Shown here piece after piece: positions 1 through 11,918 of a stretch of 64,000 bases of DNA. Position 1 is the stretch's first letter, and each line of letters opens with the position of its first letter. Below the pieces are notes generated by a model that had not been told where the DNA came from, searched no databases, and saw only the letters and a list, made by a program, of their open reading frames with translations. The position numbers and the translations under genes were made by a program. The stretch comes from Trypanosoma brucei (Eukaryota), in contig CP000070.1 of the NCBI GenBank assembly GCA_000002445.1, forward strand, positions 32,001-96,000, in the 5' to 3' direction.

Positions 1-2019
1 TTCCACTTCCCGACACTCCTCAGTATTTTCGATTCCCGTTGAGTAGTTTTTTACCTGTAGTTTAGCCCGTTTATCTCCATGTGCTTTAGTTGGTACACCA
101 CAGACGCCATTTTCTTCAGCAGAAGAAGGAAATTTCGATCTTCCTGTGGCAACAATCGGCTCAACCATGCGAAACAGTTTGTGTTTCGCGTCTTCTCAAC
201 CTCTGGCACGTTCTTTACCGGGGCATCTGAGAGTTTTGTCTGTCGTCGGTGGCACATTTTTGACCTTGGTTGCGGCTACCGCTCCTTCTATCAGCGTCTT
301 GCCGTTTATCACTGGTGGAAGGGTTGGTCCCCATTCTGGGGTGTGCACCGCGTTCAAAAACTTTCGGCCGCTTTTTTTCTGTTGCCGACGATTTGGGTAC
401 ATGATCTTTCCATTTTTTAAAGACTAGTTCATGCATGACATGTATCCTAACTTCAAAGAGGTCGCCTTTCCCTTGCACTTGTGGGGGATTATCAGCTTCC
501 TAGTTTAGTTCTGAAAAACAACTGTTCGTAGTAAGAGAAATTACTGGTCTACAGCTATGGATATTCCTCACCAGAGAGTCGCACATTGCTACGTGGATCG
601 TGTCCCCATTTCTGTTTATACACGCTTCCATCTTGCAGAGCACTTTCCTCTTCCCTGTTACCCACCGTTTCTTGGATTATATACAGGTTGCCTCTTTTGA
701 TGAGAAGTGGGAGCTTCGATGAGCGGTTGGCATTATTTTTTCAACTCCTGACCCAGCGGTGGCATGGAAGACTCTCGAACTGCGGTTTTTATTCAGCCTT
801 AGCACGGCGCTCTTCTGCGGCACCTCACAATTCTATTGGGAACTACTGTCCGGGGCGAATTTGGTTCTGCAATTTTTTCTCCTTGCAATTGTCCCTGTGT
901 GGACGACTCCCATTTCGTCATCCACAAACCAATTTGAGGTTGTCTTGCCTCTGTGAGTTCTTGAGATATGTTTGTCTTATGTAGGATGGTGGGAAATAAC
1001 GTTCACCCGGTTAATGATCTCAGCCTTTCCGTGCCCGTCGTGGCGTTCTCCAAAAAGCGGTTGGGCGCAACAGTGAGCTTTACATGGCGGTCAACCGCCA
1101 CAATGGTGGTTGCGTCTCCCATCAATTTCGGAGTTGACGACCCCTTTAGTAACTTCCACCACGTCCAGGACGAGGCATAGGCTCTGGGGACTCCGTTTTC
1201 AGTGCGTGCGTGTCCGCAACGCTTGTATCCCATCACATTAAAACAAAGGCTTTCCCCTCGGCTGAACCGCGTTTCTAAGGGAACGCAGAAAGTTACTTCG
1301 CCCTTTCGCAACGTTTCTACCGGGACGACCTCCTTCGATTAGGGCCGGAACTTTTTATGTCTCACTGAGCCGCGCGGGTGCCGGAACCAGTGGATTGACT
1401 GGGACCTTCGGCAAGTAACAGAGTGAGGCCGCGGGGATCTTGCGTATGGACTTGTTGGCATGTGCTTCGGTGCGGCAACATGCGTTTCTTGTTAGTGGAG
1501 CGTAGTGTTGCAATGTCCTTTGGTTCGGTTGTCATTGACTTACCTCCAGAGTCGGCCGCTTGTGGCAGGGAAGTAGGGCAGTGTCAGCGTTTCAATTTTC
1601 AGGAATGGGGGTAGTAGTGGGACCTTGTCGTGTTGATATCTAGGTGTTTGGAGACCGTCGGTGATTGTACTCGGTTCCCATGTTATGCATTTAAAGGATG
1701 CTTTCTGTTTTGCCACTTCATCCATTTATTAGGTGGCGTGTGTTGCTGCGTCGGTATTTCCCTTAATATTCTTGAGCCCGATATTACCTATTGTGTGAAT
1801 ATTTTTGCTTTGTTGCGCTTATGTTGAGACTTCTTTGCGTGACGTATTGTGAAGAGTTGTGCCAGCTGCTGTGCTGGACGCTACCGTGCCGTGACGGTCC
1901 CCATTTTGTTACTAGTGTCGTTAGTTTTTCTTTGACGACTCTCAGTTGCTTTACCGGCGTGAATAATAAGGCTATGTGGATGGTGCGGCGGCCTTTTTTT
2001 TGGTTGGAGCAGACACGGC

Positions 2020-4263
2020 GTGTTTCTTCGCATGTGTTCTTGTTTAGTCTCCTCTTGGGATTTGTTGATCGGTTCTTTTCTTTCACCTGTTTCCTGTTTC
2101 ATACTTTTATTAACATACCAACTTGATCCCACCACTTTTTGGCGTGCATGTGTGCGTTTGTACTACTTTGTTCCAAAGAATTATACACACTTATCTAAGG
2201 GGCTGATGACGTCGAGACTGTTTGCGGATATCGTTGATGCAAGCAAATGTGCTAAGTTTTTCCCTAAGACCCCTTCTGCGGTTCAAGAGGTCGCAGCTGA
2301 GGCAAAGAGGAGGGCACTGGAGAAACTTGAAAGAATTTATTCCCTTTCCAGTGCGTCTCGAACATTCTTAAATACGGCCTCTGTAGCAGACGTTGCTGCG
2401 GCGGAGATTGGCGTGTCAGCTTCTTTGCTTTCCGTTGCGATGAACGTTTCTCCTGACGAGGCCACACGGCAGGAAGCGAAACAGCAAATGGTTGATCTAC
2501 AATCGTTTTCAATTGATCACTTTGAATCAAACAAGCGTCTTTTTGAATCACTTAAAGCCGTTTCTCAGAGTAATGCATACAGGGATGAATATGTAAATGG
2601 CGGGCGGGACAGGGAGTATTCATATTGGCTCGATGAGGAACTTAAGGGTTACAAGCGAAAAGGAATGGAGCTACCGGACAGCGAATTGGAGAAAGTTGTG
2701 TCGCTTCAAAAGGAACTTTCATCTTTATGTACAACTTTTTCTCGGAACATAAGTGAGGACAAAAGCGAGATTGTTGTCTCAGCTGAGGAGTTGGCAGGAG
2801 TACCTGAAAACGTTATAAGTGGTCTCAGTAAGACTAAGGATGGATTGTTTGTCTTAAAAATGGATTATCCGACCCTTTTTTCAGTGATGAAAAATTGTGA
2901 AGTCGCCTCTACTCGTCGGGAAATGTCGCGTGCCGCGAGCAACAAGGCTTATCCTGAAAATTTATGTGTTCTCAGAGAGATTGTCACGAAGCGGCAGAAA
3001 CTGGCGGAGCTTCTCAAATTTTCTTCCTTCAGCGAACTTAATCTTGACGACAAGATGGTCAAATCTCCTGAGGCAGCGCGAGCATTTATCGATGACCTCG
3101 TCCCGCGCTTGCAGGAGAAGTGGAAATCGGAGCTTGAGCTAATACTAAGAAATTTACACAGCAGCTGTGCTCTGACTGAAGATGGAAGGCTCAGGGACTA
3201 TGATGTGCCGTTTATGATTAATCAGGTTAAAAAATTCAAATTCAACGTCAGTGAGACGGATCTTCAGGAGTACTTTCCTCTTGACACAACCGTGAAAGGA
3301 CTCTTTGATATATATGAAAGATTTTTTGATGTTACCTTTACCCGCGTTGATAACGGTGACGAGCTTTGGCATAAGGACGCGTTTACGCTTCATGTGTTAA
3401 ACAATAAAACAAAGGACACACTGGGCCATGTGGTGCTTGATTTATTTCCTCGTGAGGGTAAATTTTCACACGCCTGTTGTATCTCTGTTGTTCCTCCCGT
3501 TTTGTTGGAGGGCTCTGAGAGCAAGTTTTCTCCTGCGTTATCCGTGGTTCTTGCCAATTTCCCTGCACCGTCCGCCGAACGTCCGTCTCTTTTTCTTCAT
3601 GATGATGTGGTTACCTTTTTCCATGAGTTTGGACACGCTATTCATTCTCTCTTTGGACGGAGTAAAATGGCTACGTTTGCGGGTACCCGCGTGAAGAGGG
3701 ACTTCGTCGAACTTCCATCGCAGATGCTTGAAGAATGGGTTTGGGAAGTTGATATTCTCAGGAATATATCTTGCCATTACAAAACAAAAGAGAAGTTACC
3801 TACTGAACTTGTTGAATCAAAGGTTAACACCCGAAATACTTTCAGTGGTCGGGATTCCCTAAGACAACTGGAGTTTGCTTCGTATTCTCTGGAGTTGTTC
3901 AGTGCCCCATTTGCCAGAGTGAAGGACATAAAGGAGATGGACACTTCTGCACTTATGGCTGACATTCGCAGCCGAATAAATCCACACATTAAGTATGATG
4001 ATGAAACTCACTTTGAATGCAGTTTCGGCCACCTTACCGGCTACGGAGCTGGATACTACGGTTACATGTGGTCCAAGGTGTTTGCTCTTGATGTGTATGA
4101 CTTTATCAAGAATAATGGGGGCTTATTGAACCCTGCCGTAGGGGAGAGATATGTTTCTGAAATAATTGGTGTGGGAGGTGGAAAAGATCCAAGTGAGATG
4201 CTGAGAAACTTCCTCGGGAGAGAACCAAGCAGCGACGCTTTTTTCAAAAGCCTTGGTGTATAA
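2020..4263 (+). CDS. Thimet oligopeptidase (M3 family zinc metallopeptidase). Probable true start is the ATG at 2206 (MTSRLFADIV...), giving ~685 aa.
   Basis: HEFGH zinc-binding motif (FHEFGHAIHS) in the 747-aa ORF. Overall M3A architecture, including the C-terminal GYGAGYYGYMWS motif typical of thimet/oligopeptidase A. Polypyrimidine tract 2040-2110 followed by AG upstream of ATG 2206. Confidence 0.85.
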   Translation: MFLRMCSCLVSSWDLLIGSFLSPVSCFILLLTYQLDPTTFWRACVRLYYFVPKNYTHLSKGLMTSRLFADIVDASKCAKFFPKTPSAVQEVAAEAKRRALEKLERIYSLSSASRTFLNTASVADVAAAEIGVSASLLSVAMNVSPDEATRQEAKQQMVDLQSFSIDHFESNKRLFESLKAVSQSNAYRDEYVNGGRDREYSYWLDEELKGYKRKGMELPDSELEKVVSLQKELSSLCTTFSRNISEDKSEIVVSAEELAGVPENVISGLSKTKDGLFVLKMDYPTLFSVMKNCEVASTRREMSRAASNKAYPENLCVLREIVTKRQKLAELLKFSSFSELNLDDKMVKSPEAARAFIDDLVPRLQEKWKSELELILRNLHSSCALTEDGRLRDYDVPFMINQVKKFKFNVSETDLQEYFPLDTTVKGLFDIYERFFDVTFTRVDNGDELWHKDAFTLHVLNNKTKDTLGHVVLDLFPREGKFSHACCISVVPPVLLEGSESKFSPALSVVLANFPAPSAERPSLFLHDDVVTFFHEFGHAIHSLFGRSKMATFAGTRVKRDFVELPSQMLEEWVWEVDILRNISCHYKTKEKLPTELVESKVNTRNTFSGRDSLRQLEFASYSLELFSAPFARVKDIKEMDTSALMADIRSRINPHIKYDDETHFECSFGHLTGYGAGYYGYMWSKVFALDVYDFIKNNGGLLNPAVGERYVSEIIGVGGGKDPSEMLRNFLGREPSSDAFFKSLGV

Positions 4264-4650
4264 AACGTCGAAGCCTGATGGCAGACTATTTTTACATTTT
4301 TTTTTTCTTAATACCTGTCTACTTCCTTTTATTTTCAAGTATCAATCTGTCTGAATGTTGTAATGAACTTCTTTCTCCTCCTCCCAAGCATGAAGATTAT
4401 CGCTGGCATGTGTAGGATATATAAACTTCTATCGAACAGGAAATGTCCGTACACATATTTTTAATTTCCCCCGGAGTAACAAATACGTAATGACAGGGAA
4501 GTTGGTGGGAGAGCGCGAGTGGTCGATATGTAGACGCCTTTACATGGTGTTACTCTACATATGTGTATATACGTATATATTTATACGCGGGTACATTCTC
4601 ATCTTTTTTCTACTTATACAATTAAGGTGGCGTTGATTTGAAGAGTAGTC

Positions 4651-6267
4651 ATGCCGGTAGGCTGGTCCTCTTCCTCTTCTTCATCGGATGAGGAACTTCG
4701 TATGAGGCTGATGGCTAACTTGAGGGAGAGACGTGTTTGTGGGAGAGCGGGCCCTTCTGCACCCTCTCGTTTTGTCATGTACAACGGTGATAGTATAGTA
4801 GTAAAATGTGGAACTGTATTTTGCCCGTTGAGGAAAAGGTACTTTCATTTACAAGCAGTGAAACGAAACCCAGCAGCATATTTTGGAGACGGTACTCTAA
4901 GGAGATACGAGCGTAGCTCCCTGTCGTTGGATTCAATCTATCTAATTGACGCCTCAAAGGAAAGGAATATAAACAACCAATCTAGGCGGGTGAACCTTCT
5001 CCAGTCAGTTGATATCGGGTTTTATATATATGACAGCCAGAGCATGTCTTGTAATTCTAGTTGCGTGAAGAATTCGAGTTCGAAAGTTTGCACGGATTTT
5101 CGTTACGAGAGGGTGACGAGACCCGAAAACTTTATGAGATCCGTAAGCTCCCCAGAAGTGTTACGGACTCAAAGTTGTTCCTGGGTGCCTGTGCCATATC
5201 AAATACACCCTTCATGTAGTGTGGAGAGTTACGCCCCTGGGAGGTTTGCCTTCTTTGAGAGGGGAACTCAGCACTGTCTAAGTATGGTGGAAAATGATAC
5301 TGTGACTCACCATCAAATTGATTCAATAGATAGTGGCGGCTCTGCTGTAGGATTTTACGTCAGGGGAAGAGTGGTTGTGATATTACAGGGAAAGTTTGTT
5401 CGTTGCCTGACGTGGGACCCCGACAATTCGTTTATCTCCCCCAAATGTGTGTTTACTGCCAACTTGAATGCGGTATTTTCTTGCCCGATATTTGCTTCTT
5501 TACCAGGTGATGCCGAAGAAGCGTGTATCATATTTGGAACCGGTCGGAGTATTTTCAGTGTTGCAGTGCCGAAGGAAGACTCACCCCTACTGAAGAAGTT
5601 ATGCGCTTTTAGTGTAACGCCTCTTTCCTCACTGGAAACATTTTCGTTTGGACGCAAGGACAATACTCTGCTTCTATGTGGAATGAGGAACGGGACAATT
5701 CAGGTTCTTCCACTTTGTGATCCCAATCCACGGGGGGTCAGCGGCGTAGCGCCACGCCACGACAAGGCTTGTGTATCTTATGTTCGGCGCATAGAAAACA
5801 CGTTTAACTTCGTTTCCGTGGGTAGCAACGGTGAAATAAAGTTGTGGGATTTGAGATATATGCATGTTAACACACCTGTTGGTCAAATGGGTTGTGATGT
5901 TGCTGCTTCAAGATATTGTGGGTCCGAAGCCGTATTCATGGATGACATCGCGTGCGTTACATCTGCCAACGGGCACATTTCTTGCCTAAATGCAAGGAAA
6001 TGGGCCCATATCGGCCGATTACAACGAATTGCTGGAGGTAATAGGCGATTGCACATCATTGAGAGTTCTTGTGGTTATGATCTGCTGGACGCTGACGAAC
6101 TGGGAACGGTGAGTCATGCACTGCCTGTTACATACTCCTCTTATGGAATGCAAACTGATATGCCCTTATCAAAAGTTATTTATCTTTACCGTGTTGCAGC
6201 GTCACTTTCCCCCTCCTTTCATTGCTTTCAATTCCTGTCCGTATGCGTACTAATTCGCAATGTTTAG
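4651..6267 (+). CDS. Hypothetical protein, possibly WD-repeat containing
   Basis: 538-aa ORF in the same orientation as its neighbours. One WD-like segment (GSNGEIKLWDLR). N-terminal Ser-run. No confident family assignment from sequence alone. Confidence 0.45.
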   Translation: MPVGWSSSSSSSDEELRMRLMANLRERRVCGRAGPSAPSRFVMYNGDSIVVKCGTVFCPLRKRYFHLQAVKRNPAAYFGDGTLRRYERSSLSLDSIYLIDASKERNINNQSRRVNLLQSVDIGFYIYDSQSMSCNSSCVKNSSSKVCTDFRYERVTRPENFMRSVSSPEVLRTQSCSWVPVPYQIHPSCSVESYAPGRFAFFERGTQHCLSMVENDTVTHHQIDSIDSGGSAVGFYVRGRVVVILQGKFVRCLTWDPDNSFISPKCVFTANLNAVFSCPIFASLPGDAEEACIIFGTGRSIFSVAVPKEDSPLLKKLCAFSVTPLSSLETFSFGRKDNTLLLCGMRNGTIQVLPLCDPNPRGVSGVAPRHDKACVSYVRRIENTFNFVSVGSNGEIKLWDLRYMHVNTPVGQMGCDVAASRYCGSEAVFMDDIACVTSANGHISCLNARKWAHIGRLQRIAGGNRRLHIIESSCGYDLLDADELGTVSHALPVTYSSYGMQTDMPLSKVIYLYRVAASLSPSFHCFQFLSVCVLIRNV

Positions 6268-6944
6268 TGGCATCACTGAAGTGCCGCCCATTTAGTCCTT
6301 TCGAAAATGTGCCCCTTTCGAGTGCTTTATTCGCCAGACAGCTCGTAACACGCCGAACAGTCAACGGCGACACTCTATCGTGCTTTCCGTAATATCTGAG
6401 AGTTGTACCGTTTGCATCGAGCTACCGAGTGTTTTATAGACTGCGAGCGTCAACTAATTACAAGCTCATTTTTGTGTACGGCCTCTTGTTTTTGCTTGCA
6501 ACAGCAGGTGCGCGATGAAGGAACGTTTGGTGTAATAACCCTGGCATCCTAAGCAATAAGGGACTCCGACTCCGATGTCGTCTCTGTGTTGCTGCACTGC
6601 GTGATTTGTCGAAGTGTTACGGCTGACTCATCCGGTGACTCGGGTGGAGGTTGACATCGACGAAACATGTTGCTAATTTTATTTTTGAAGGTCCAGTGCG
6701 TACGTACTGTTGGAACTATCCAATTTTCCCTTGTGAGGGCTATGTTTTTGCTGTTGCATCGTAGTACGCGACGAAAAGAAGTAGTGATTCACTTTAATTT
6801 TACGTGTACGCGGCACCTCTGTACACTGTGGATTCCTCTCCTTACACATTGTTTGAAAATGTAACCTTGGCGTCTCCTAATTTTTTTTTTTAAACAGAGA
6901 TACAATGTGTGTGGCACCATGTTATTGTTGGAGGAATACCCCCT

Positions 6945-6971
6945 TGTGTGTGTGTGTGTGTGTGTGTGTGT
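6945..6971. repeat. (TG)n microsatellite, ~13 units
   Basis: Direct read of gtgtgtgtgtgtgtgtgtgtgtgtgtg in the intergenic region. Confidence 0.9.
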
Positions 6972-7608
6972 CTTGCGTAAAAACGCGGACGCTTATTGTT
7001 TTTTCTCATTAATATCTTTCATTACAACTACGGTTGACTATATTGGCATTTCCTTTACTCTTTTATTGGACGATAATGGTCCGAAGATTTCTCGAACTGA
7101 ATGTGCGTACATCCTCTCGCTTAAGTGGGCGGTTAAAAACTATACCTGAAAGCACTATTTGTTTCCAAAGGCGGTGTCGCCGCAAGGTATGCAGGTTCAC
7201 TCACTATGCTGATGTTAACTCTCCATACTTTCATTAAGTACATATTAGTATCGTTTATTGGTGAGAGATTTCTTTGTATCTTGGAATTTATTTATTTATT
7301 TGCCCAGCGTCACCTGCACTCGTGATTTTGAGTTTATTTTTTAAAAAAATTCGCTTCTTCACCTGTTTTTCCTGCTTTGAGCGTTTATGTATCGTTTGTT
7401 TTGAAATCAAATGGTGCCGCGGCGGTTTGTCGAAGAGCACATGAAGGCATCCCGTGGATGCTCTGGGTTTTCTATGTTGTGCCACAAAGCATTGAAGGTC
7501 TTACGTTATACATTTTTCTCTCATTTGGACCATGGGCAGCAGTGGGGCGCAGTGGAGTTTGTTATGTGGCACAAAGGTGGTATAGCTCCGGATGGTCTAA
7601 CATTCAAC

Positions 7609-7662
<54 letters not shown>
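7609..7662. repeat. (ATT)n microsatellite, ~18 units
   Basis: Direct read of an uninterrupted attattatt... run in the intergenic region upstream of the proline dehydrogenase gene. It generates the spurious poly-I/poly-L ORFs 7377..7697 and 7411..7665. Confidence 0.9.
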
Positions 7663-7713
7663 TAACCTCATTCATTGTGTCTGCTACAAAACCTTAGAGT
7701 AATTTAAGCTATC

Positions 7714-9384
7714 ATGTTTCGCCTCCTGTGCCGACGCTCCGCCGCGAATGTAAAAATGCAAGACGCCAGTCTCCGCACCATGACAAAAGTGGATTTCTCG
7801 GACCCATCCATATTTCGTCAGAAATCTCTGTGGTGGTTGTTGCGCGCACTCTTTGTGCTCCGCATTTGCAAGTTTGAATTCATTTCCAACAATTCTGTGG
7901 CTCTTATGAAGCGTGCTGAGGCAATTTTTGGACCCTTTTTGACCTATAACACACTTGTGAAGGGGACAGTGTACGGCCACTTTTGTGCTGGCGAGTCCGA
8001 TCGTGAAGTCAAGAACACCGTCAAATCGCTTGAAAATTTGGGTATTGGATCTGTTCTTGACTATGCCGCTGAAGCTGAAGCTGAGGGTTTCGCACCCTCC
8101 CCAGGTATTGCAGAAGCGCCGAACTTGTCTATGGCAAGTCTTGTCAACAACACATCCGTTACCTATCTGCCTCACAAGCAAGCCTTTGACGAAAACATGA
8201 AACTATACGTAATGTGTGTTTTACATGCCGCACTACATAAACCGGAGGGTGGCGTTGGATTGGCTGCTGTTAAGGTGACAGGCATGTGTGATCCACAGCT
8301 TCTCGCCCGCGTCTCGGCAATCCTGCACTCCGTTCACCGTGACTGGATAGAATACTTTACGGAGGAGCAACCACCACCAGTGGAGGAGTGTAATGTTGTG
8401 ATGGGAACAAAAACGGAGCACAAGCGATATATTACGCGTGACCAAGTGCGGAAGGGACTCACAAAATTGGCCTCTTCGCAAAAATACACAGAAGATGAGA
8501 TCAATGCCGTCTTACAAGTTCTCGATCCAAATAATGAAGGAAAAACAAACTACTACAAGTTTAAAACGGTTGTGTCTGAGGCCGTACTTGCACTGGATCC
8601 CACACCAGTGCAGAAGATAATTATCGACAAACTTCCAAAACTTACTACAGAGGAGCGCGAACTATGGCGCCATTTGCACTGGAGGTTGTCAGTCATTGTT
8701 CGGACTGCGAAGGACTTGCGGGTGCGAGTTTTGTTTGACGCCGAGCAAACGTTTTATCAACTTGCCATTGATAATATTGTGTTGCAGTTTCAGCGCCAGT
8801 TCAATAAAAAGGAGGCTATAGTTTATAACACATATCAATGCTATTTGACTTACACCGAAGACCGTGTTTTCAATGACTTAACCCGAGCAGAGCTCGAGGG
8901 GTGGGTTTGGGGAGGGAAAATTGTTCGAGGTGCCTACATGAGGCAGGAGAGGGAGACAGCAGAAAAATACCATTACAAAAGCCCCATTTGGCCAACGTAC
9001 GAGGAAACTAACGCGTGCTACAAAGCTGTGGCTGAGCGAATACTAAGAGAGATAGCCCGGTTACCTGAAACACGTTTTGAGGCCCTGTTCGGAACTCACA
9101 ATCAAAAATCACTTGAAGAAATAACTGAGGCTGTTCTTCAACTTCCTCCTGTTAAAGGTTATGTGGCATTTGCCCAATTGTATGGCATGTCGGACAACTT
9201 GACAATTCCGCTTAAGAGAGCCGGTTTTCCAGTTTTTAAATATGTTCCGTACGGACCTGTCAAAGAGACTGTTCACTACCTGGGAAGGCGTGCTATGGAG
9301 AATGCGTCAATTTTATCGAATGGGGGTAGCCGGGAAGTGCGGTTGATGAGGAAAGAGCTTAGGCGTCGCGTCTTTTGGATGTGA
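7714..9384 (+). CDS. Proline dehydrogenase (proline oxidase), mitochondrial type
   Basis: 556-aa ORF. The C-terminal block AFAQLYGMSDNLTIPLKRAGFPVFKYVPYGPVKETVHYLGRRAMEN matches the conserved PRODH signature (..LLGM.D.L...L...GY.V.KY.PYGP....L.YL.RRA.EN). N-terminal region is compatible with a mitochondrial presequence. Confidence 0.85.
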   Translation: MFRLLCRRSAANVKMQDASLRTMTKVDFSDPSIFRQKSLWWLLRALFVLRICKFEFISNNSVALMKRAEAIFGPFLTYNTLVKGTVYGHFCAGESDREVKNTVKSLENLGIGSVLDYAAEAEAEGFAPSPGIAEAPNLSMASLVNNTSVTYLPHKQAFDENMKLYVMCVLHAALHKPEGGVGLAAVKVTGMCDPQLLARVSAILHSVHRDWIEYFTEEQPPPVEECNVVMGTKTEHKRYITRDQVRKGLTKLASSQKYTEDEINAVLQVLDPNNEGKTNYYKFKTVVSEAVLALDPTPVQKIIIDKLPKLTTEERELWRHLHWRLSVIVRTAKDLRVRVLFDAEQTFYQLAIDNIVLQFQRQFNKKEAIVYNTYQCYLTYTEDRVFNDLTRAELEGWVWGGKIVRGAYMRQERETAEKYHYKSPIWPTYEETNACYKAVAERILREIARLPETRFEALFGTHNQKSLEEITEAVLQLPPVKGYVAFAQLYGMSDNLTIPLKRAGFPVFKYVPYGPVKETVHYLGRRAMENASILSNGGSREVRLMRKELRRRVFWM

Positions 9385-9927
9385 AGTAAATTGACGCGAT
9401 TTAGGGATATTGCTCCGTTTAAGTGTATGATTACCGCACCCCGATTATGGGAAGGTATCAACTTGGTGGCGAGTGTAAGATTGCGCAACTGCACCATCTT
9501 TATGCTGTAAAGGGTTATTGACTTAAAGGTTCTTTATGTGTGCGTAGATAGTTGTTTTTAAATGATTTTTTTTTGTTAACGAACGTACCCTATCTAGTTT
9601 AAAAACGGCGCAATTTTTTTTTTACTCCTTTATTTTTTTTTTTTTGTACTTCCACGTTTTCGTAAGACGCATTTCTCCTCTATTTTTCTATTATTATTAT
9701 TATTTTTTACCCTTAACCTTGTTGGGAGCGTAGATAGCTATTTGGTTGATTAAAGACGCATTAGCGTTTTCCTCATATATATTTTTTATTGGGCCAGATG
9801 ATCTGTTATTGTGCGCTTTGGGCACACCACCAGTACCGTCGAGGGGAGTGCAAATCTTCTTCAACTTTTCTACACTTAACCATTCCCACTTTTTTCTGAC
9901 CTTGCATTTTTCAGTGAAAGCTTCTAG

Positions 9928-11148
9928 ATGAAAAGCAAGTCCAGCAAGCAGGTTCTTTTGCCCCTTCAGGGGAACATTTCTCCATCCGCTGAATCGCCAA
10001 GGCCCGGCTCACTGATGACAACTGAGGGAAGGACTCGCAACTACAAGGACCTTATAAATAGGACAGTGTTCTCATTGATCATGGCGTACTTCTTTCTTGG
10101 ACTCGTTTCCATTGGTGCAGAAGCCATTATTTTCCTCCTTATCATCATTTTGTGCTTGATGTTTCATGAAGTCAGCAGGATCAATCAACGGGAGAGAAAG
10201 AACAAGCAGCTGCCATCAGTTTTCATAATGAAAGTATGGTTTCTTTGCACTACTATGTTTTCCATGACAGCGTATAGCATACGTGACCCCTTGGTAGCAA
10301 CATACCCAGGCGCTATGAGGTATTACAGGAATGCCTGGATGATCGCATTTGGTTTTCCACTCGTTGGGATGGTGGGTTTTGTGCTGTCGCTTCGCAAGGG
10401 GATGTATCGCTACCAGTTCATGCAACTCGCGGCGATTGTAATGACTCTGTTGTATGTCACTGCTCAAGGGTACGCCCAAATATCAAATGTAATGCGAGGA
10501 ATGCTTTGGTTCGTTCTTCCAATAAGTTGTGTTATAAACAATGACACCTGGGCATATATTTTTGGTAAACTTTTTGGGAGAACGAAGTTGCTGGCCCTCT
10601 CTCCCAAAAAGACTGTGGAGGGCTTCGTTGGGGCTTTCGTTTTTACCATCATATGGTCTTTTTGGTTCGCCGGATTCCTCAGCTATTTTCCCCACATGTA
10701 CTGCGCTAAAACTGACTTCCACTCAGCATTCCACTGTGAGAAGGATCCTCTATTTGTAAAGCGAGATGTCCCCATGCCTGCGTTTGTGCAAGCGTTGACT
10801 TTCAACAGGTTGACAACCATCAGGTGCGCCAGGGTGCAGCAACATGCACTTGTTTTTGCTGCGTTCGCATCCCTTATTGCGCCATTTGGTGGGTTTTTCG
10901 CCAGCGGACTGAAACGAGCATTTAAAATGAAAGATTTTGGTGACCTGATACCCGGACACGGGGGAATAACAGACCGGATGGACTGCCAAGGCATCATGGG
11001 TTTTTTCACCTGGGTGTACTTACAGTCATACGTTTACCGTGATGAGAATTGCCCTTCATGGCATACGATCAGTAGTTGCGCCCTTCAACTACCCGAGGAG
11101 CAACGGCGTTCACTATTGTCGACTCTTAATAGGTCTCTCACAGAATAG
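9928..11148 (+). CDS. Phosphatidate cytidylyltransferase (CDP-diacylglycerol synthase)
   Basis: Perfect match to the CDS family signature: SGLKRAFKMKDFGDLIPGHGGITDRMD. Multiple hydrophobic transmembrane segments. The start is ambiguous (9928 or a downstream in-frame Met). Confidence 0.85.
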   Translation: MKSKSSKQVLLPLQGNISPSAESPRPGSLMTTEGRTRNYKDLINRTVFSLIMAYFFLGLVSIGAEAIIFLLIIILCLMFHEVSRINQRERKNKQLPSVFIMKVWFLCTTMFSMTAYSIRDPLVATYPGAMRYYRNAWMIAFGFPLVGMVGFVLSLRKGMYRYQFMQLAAIVMTLLYVTAQGYAQISNVMRGMLWFVLPISCVINNDTWAYIFGKLFGRTKLLALSPKKTVEGFVGAFVFTIIWSFWFAGFLSYFPHMYCAKTDFHSAFHCEKDPLFVKRDVPMPAFVQALTFNRLTTIRCARVQQHALVFAAFASLIAPFGGFFASGLKRAFKMKDFGDLIPGHGGITDRMDCQGIMGFFTWVYLQSYVYRDENCPSWHTISSCALQLPEEQRRSLLSTLNRSLTE

Positions 11149-11392
11149 TCCATGTTGGAAGGGCACGAGTAATAAAACGGAGCACGGCGACCTGTCATGG
11201 TTAGCGTTTAGAATTGCTGCGAGCGAGCATGTTACCATAGTTGTAAGAAGCTGCTACCTGTATTGGTCTTTGCCGTTATATCGTATGCATTTGTATACAC
11301 CATTGTTTTCAAGTAAACTTGTACCTCTCCCCTATTTTTTTTTCTTTTCAAATTTCTACCACACATGCACTTCATACTATTCTTTTTAAATT

Positions 11393-11704
11393 ATGTGTAG
11401 CTCTGTAGCCATGGCCGAGGTAGCAACAGCCGCCACGACAGCAGCGACGAAGAAGGACAAGAAAGCCCCTCAGGAGGAGGTTGTCGTGCAGCAGACGGAT
11501 CAGGCACAAGTTGGTGTAATCATCAAAGTGCTGGGCCGCACTGGTTCCCGTGGTAACGTGACTCAGGTTCGCGTTCGCCTCATGGCGGAGGAGGGATCAC
11601 CGGAAGCTAATCGCACGATTGTGCGCAACGTAAAGGGTCCGTGCAAGGAGGGTGACATGCTTTCTCTGATGGAAACGGAACGTGAAGCGCGCCGGCTACG
11701 CTGA
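11393..11704 (+). CDS. RPS28: 40S ribosomal protein S28e, copy 1
   Basis: 103-aa ORF. The C-terminal 65 aa ([23 protein letters not shown]...[26 protein letters not shown]) align closely with eukaryotic RPS28. The N-terminal Ala/Thr/Lys-rich extension is typical of kinetoplastid S28 as I recall it. Confidence 0.9.
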   Translation: MCSSVAMAEVATAATTAATKKDKKAPQEEVVVQQTDQAQVGVIIKVLGRTGSRGNVTQVRVRLMAEEGSPEANRTIVRNVKGPCKEGDMLSLMETEREARRLR

Positions 11705-11918
11705 GTAATGGTTTAATTCTACATCTCTTTAATGTGACTCGTTTTTCCCTTACTGAGCATATTTTAGGTTATTTGTGAGTACTTTCCATTATATTGAGTA
11801 ATTTCGTGCCATGCCCTACATACAATAACCGTTTTTGGTTAAACTTGTACCTCTCCCCTATTTTTTTTTCTTTTCAAATTTCTACCACACATGCACTTCA
11901 TACTATTCTTTTTAAATT

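Noticed and set aside
586-1827. ORFs of 60-130 aa in the first 2 kb (586..984, 1003..1311, 968..1180 …)
   Set aside because: Short, overlapping, no motifs. The region looks like intergenic/5' UTR sequence preceding the thimet oligopeptidase gene. Whether a strand-switch (transcription start) lies here cannot be decided from the window.
2264-2551. Antisense ORFs within long genes (e.g. 2264..2551 in thimet oligopeptidase; 7684..8181 antisense to proline dehydrogenase; 26059..26298 region ORFs)
   Set aside because: Embedded in or opposite to well-supported CDSs with clear family signatures.
7377-7697. ORFs with poly-Ile and poly-Leu runs
   Set aside because: Translation artefacts of the (ATT)18 microsatellite in intergenic DNA.
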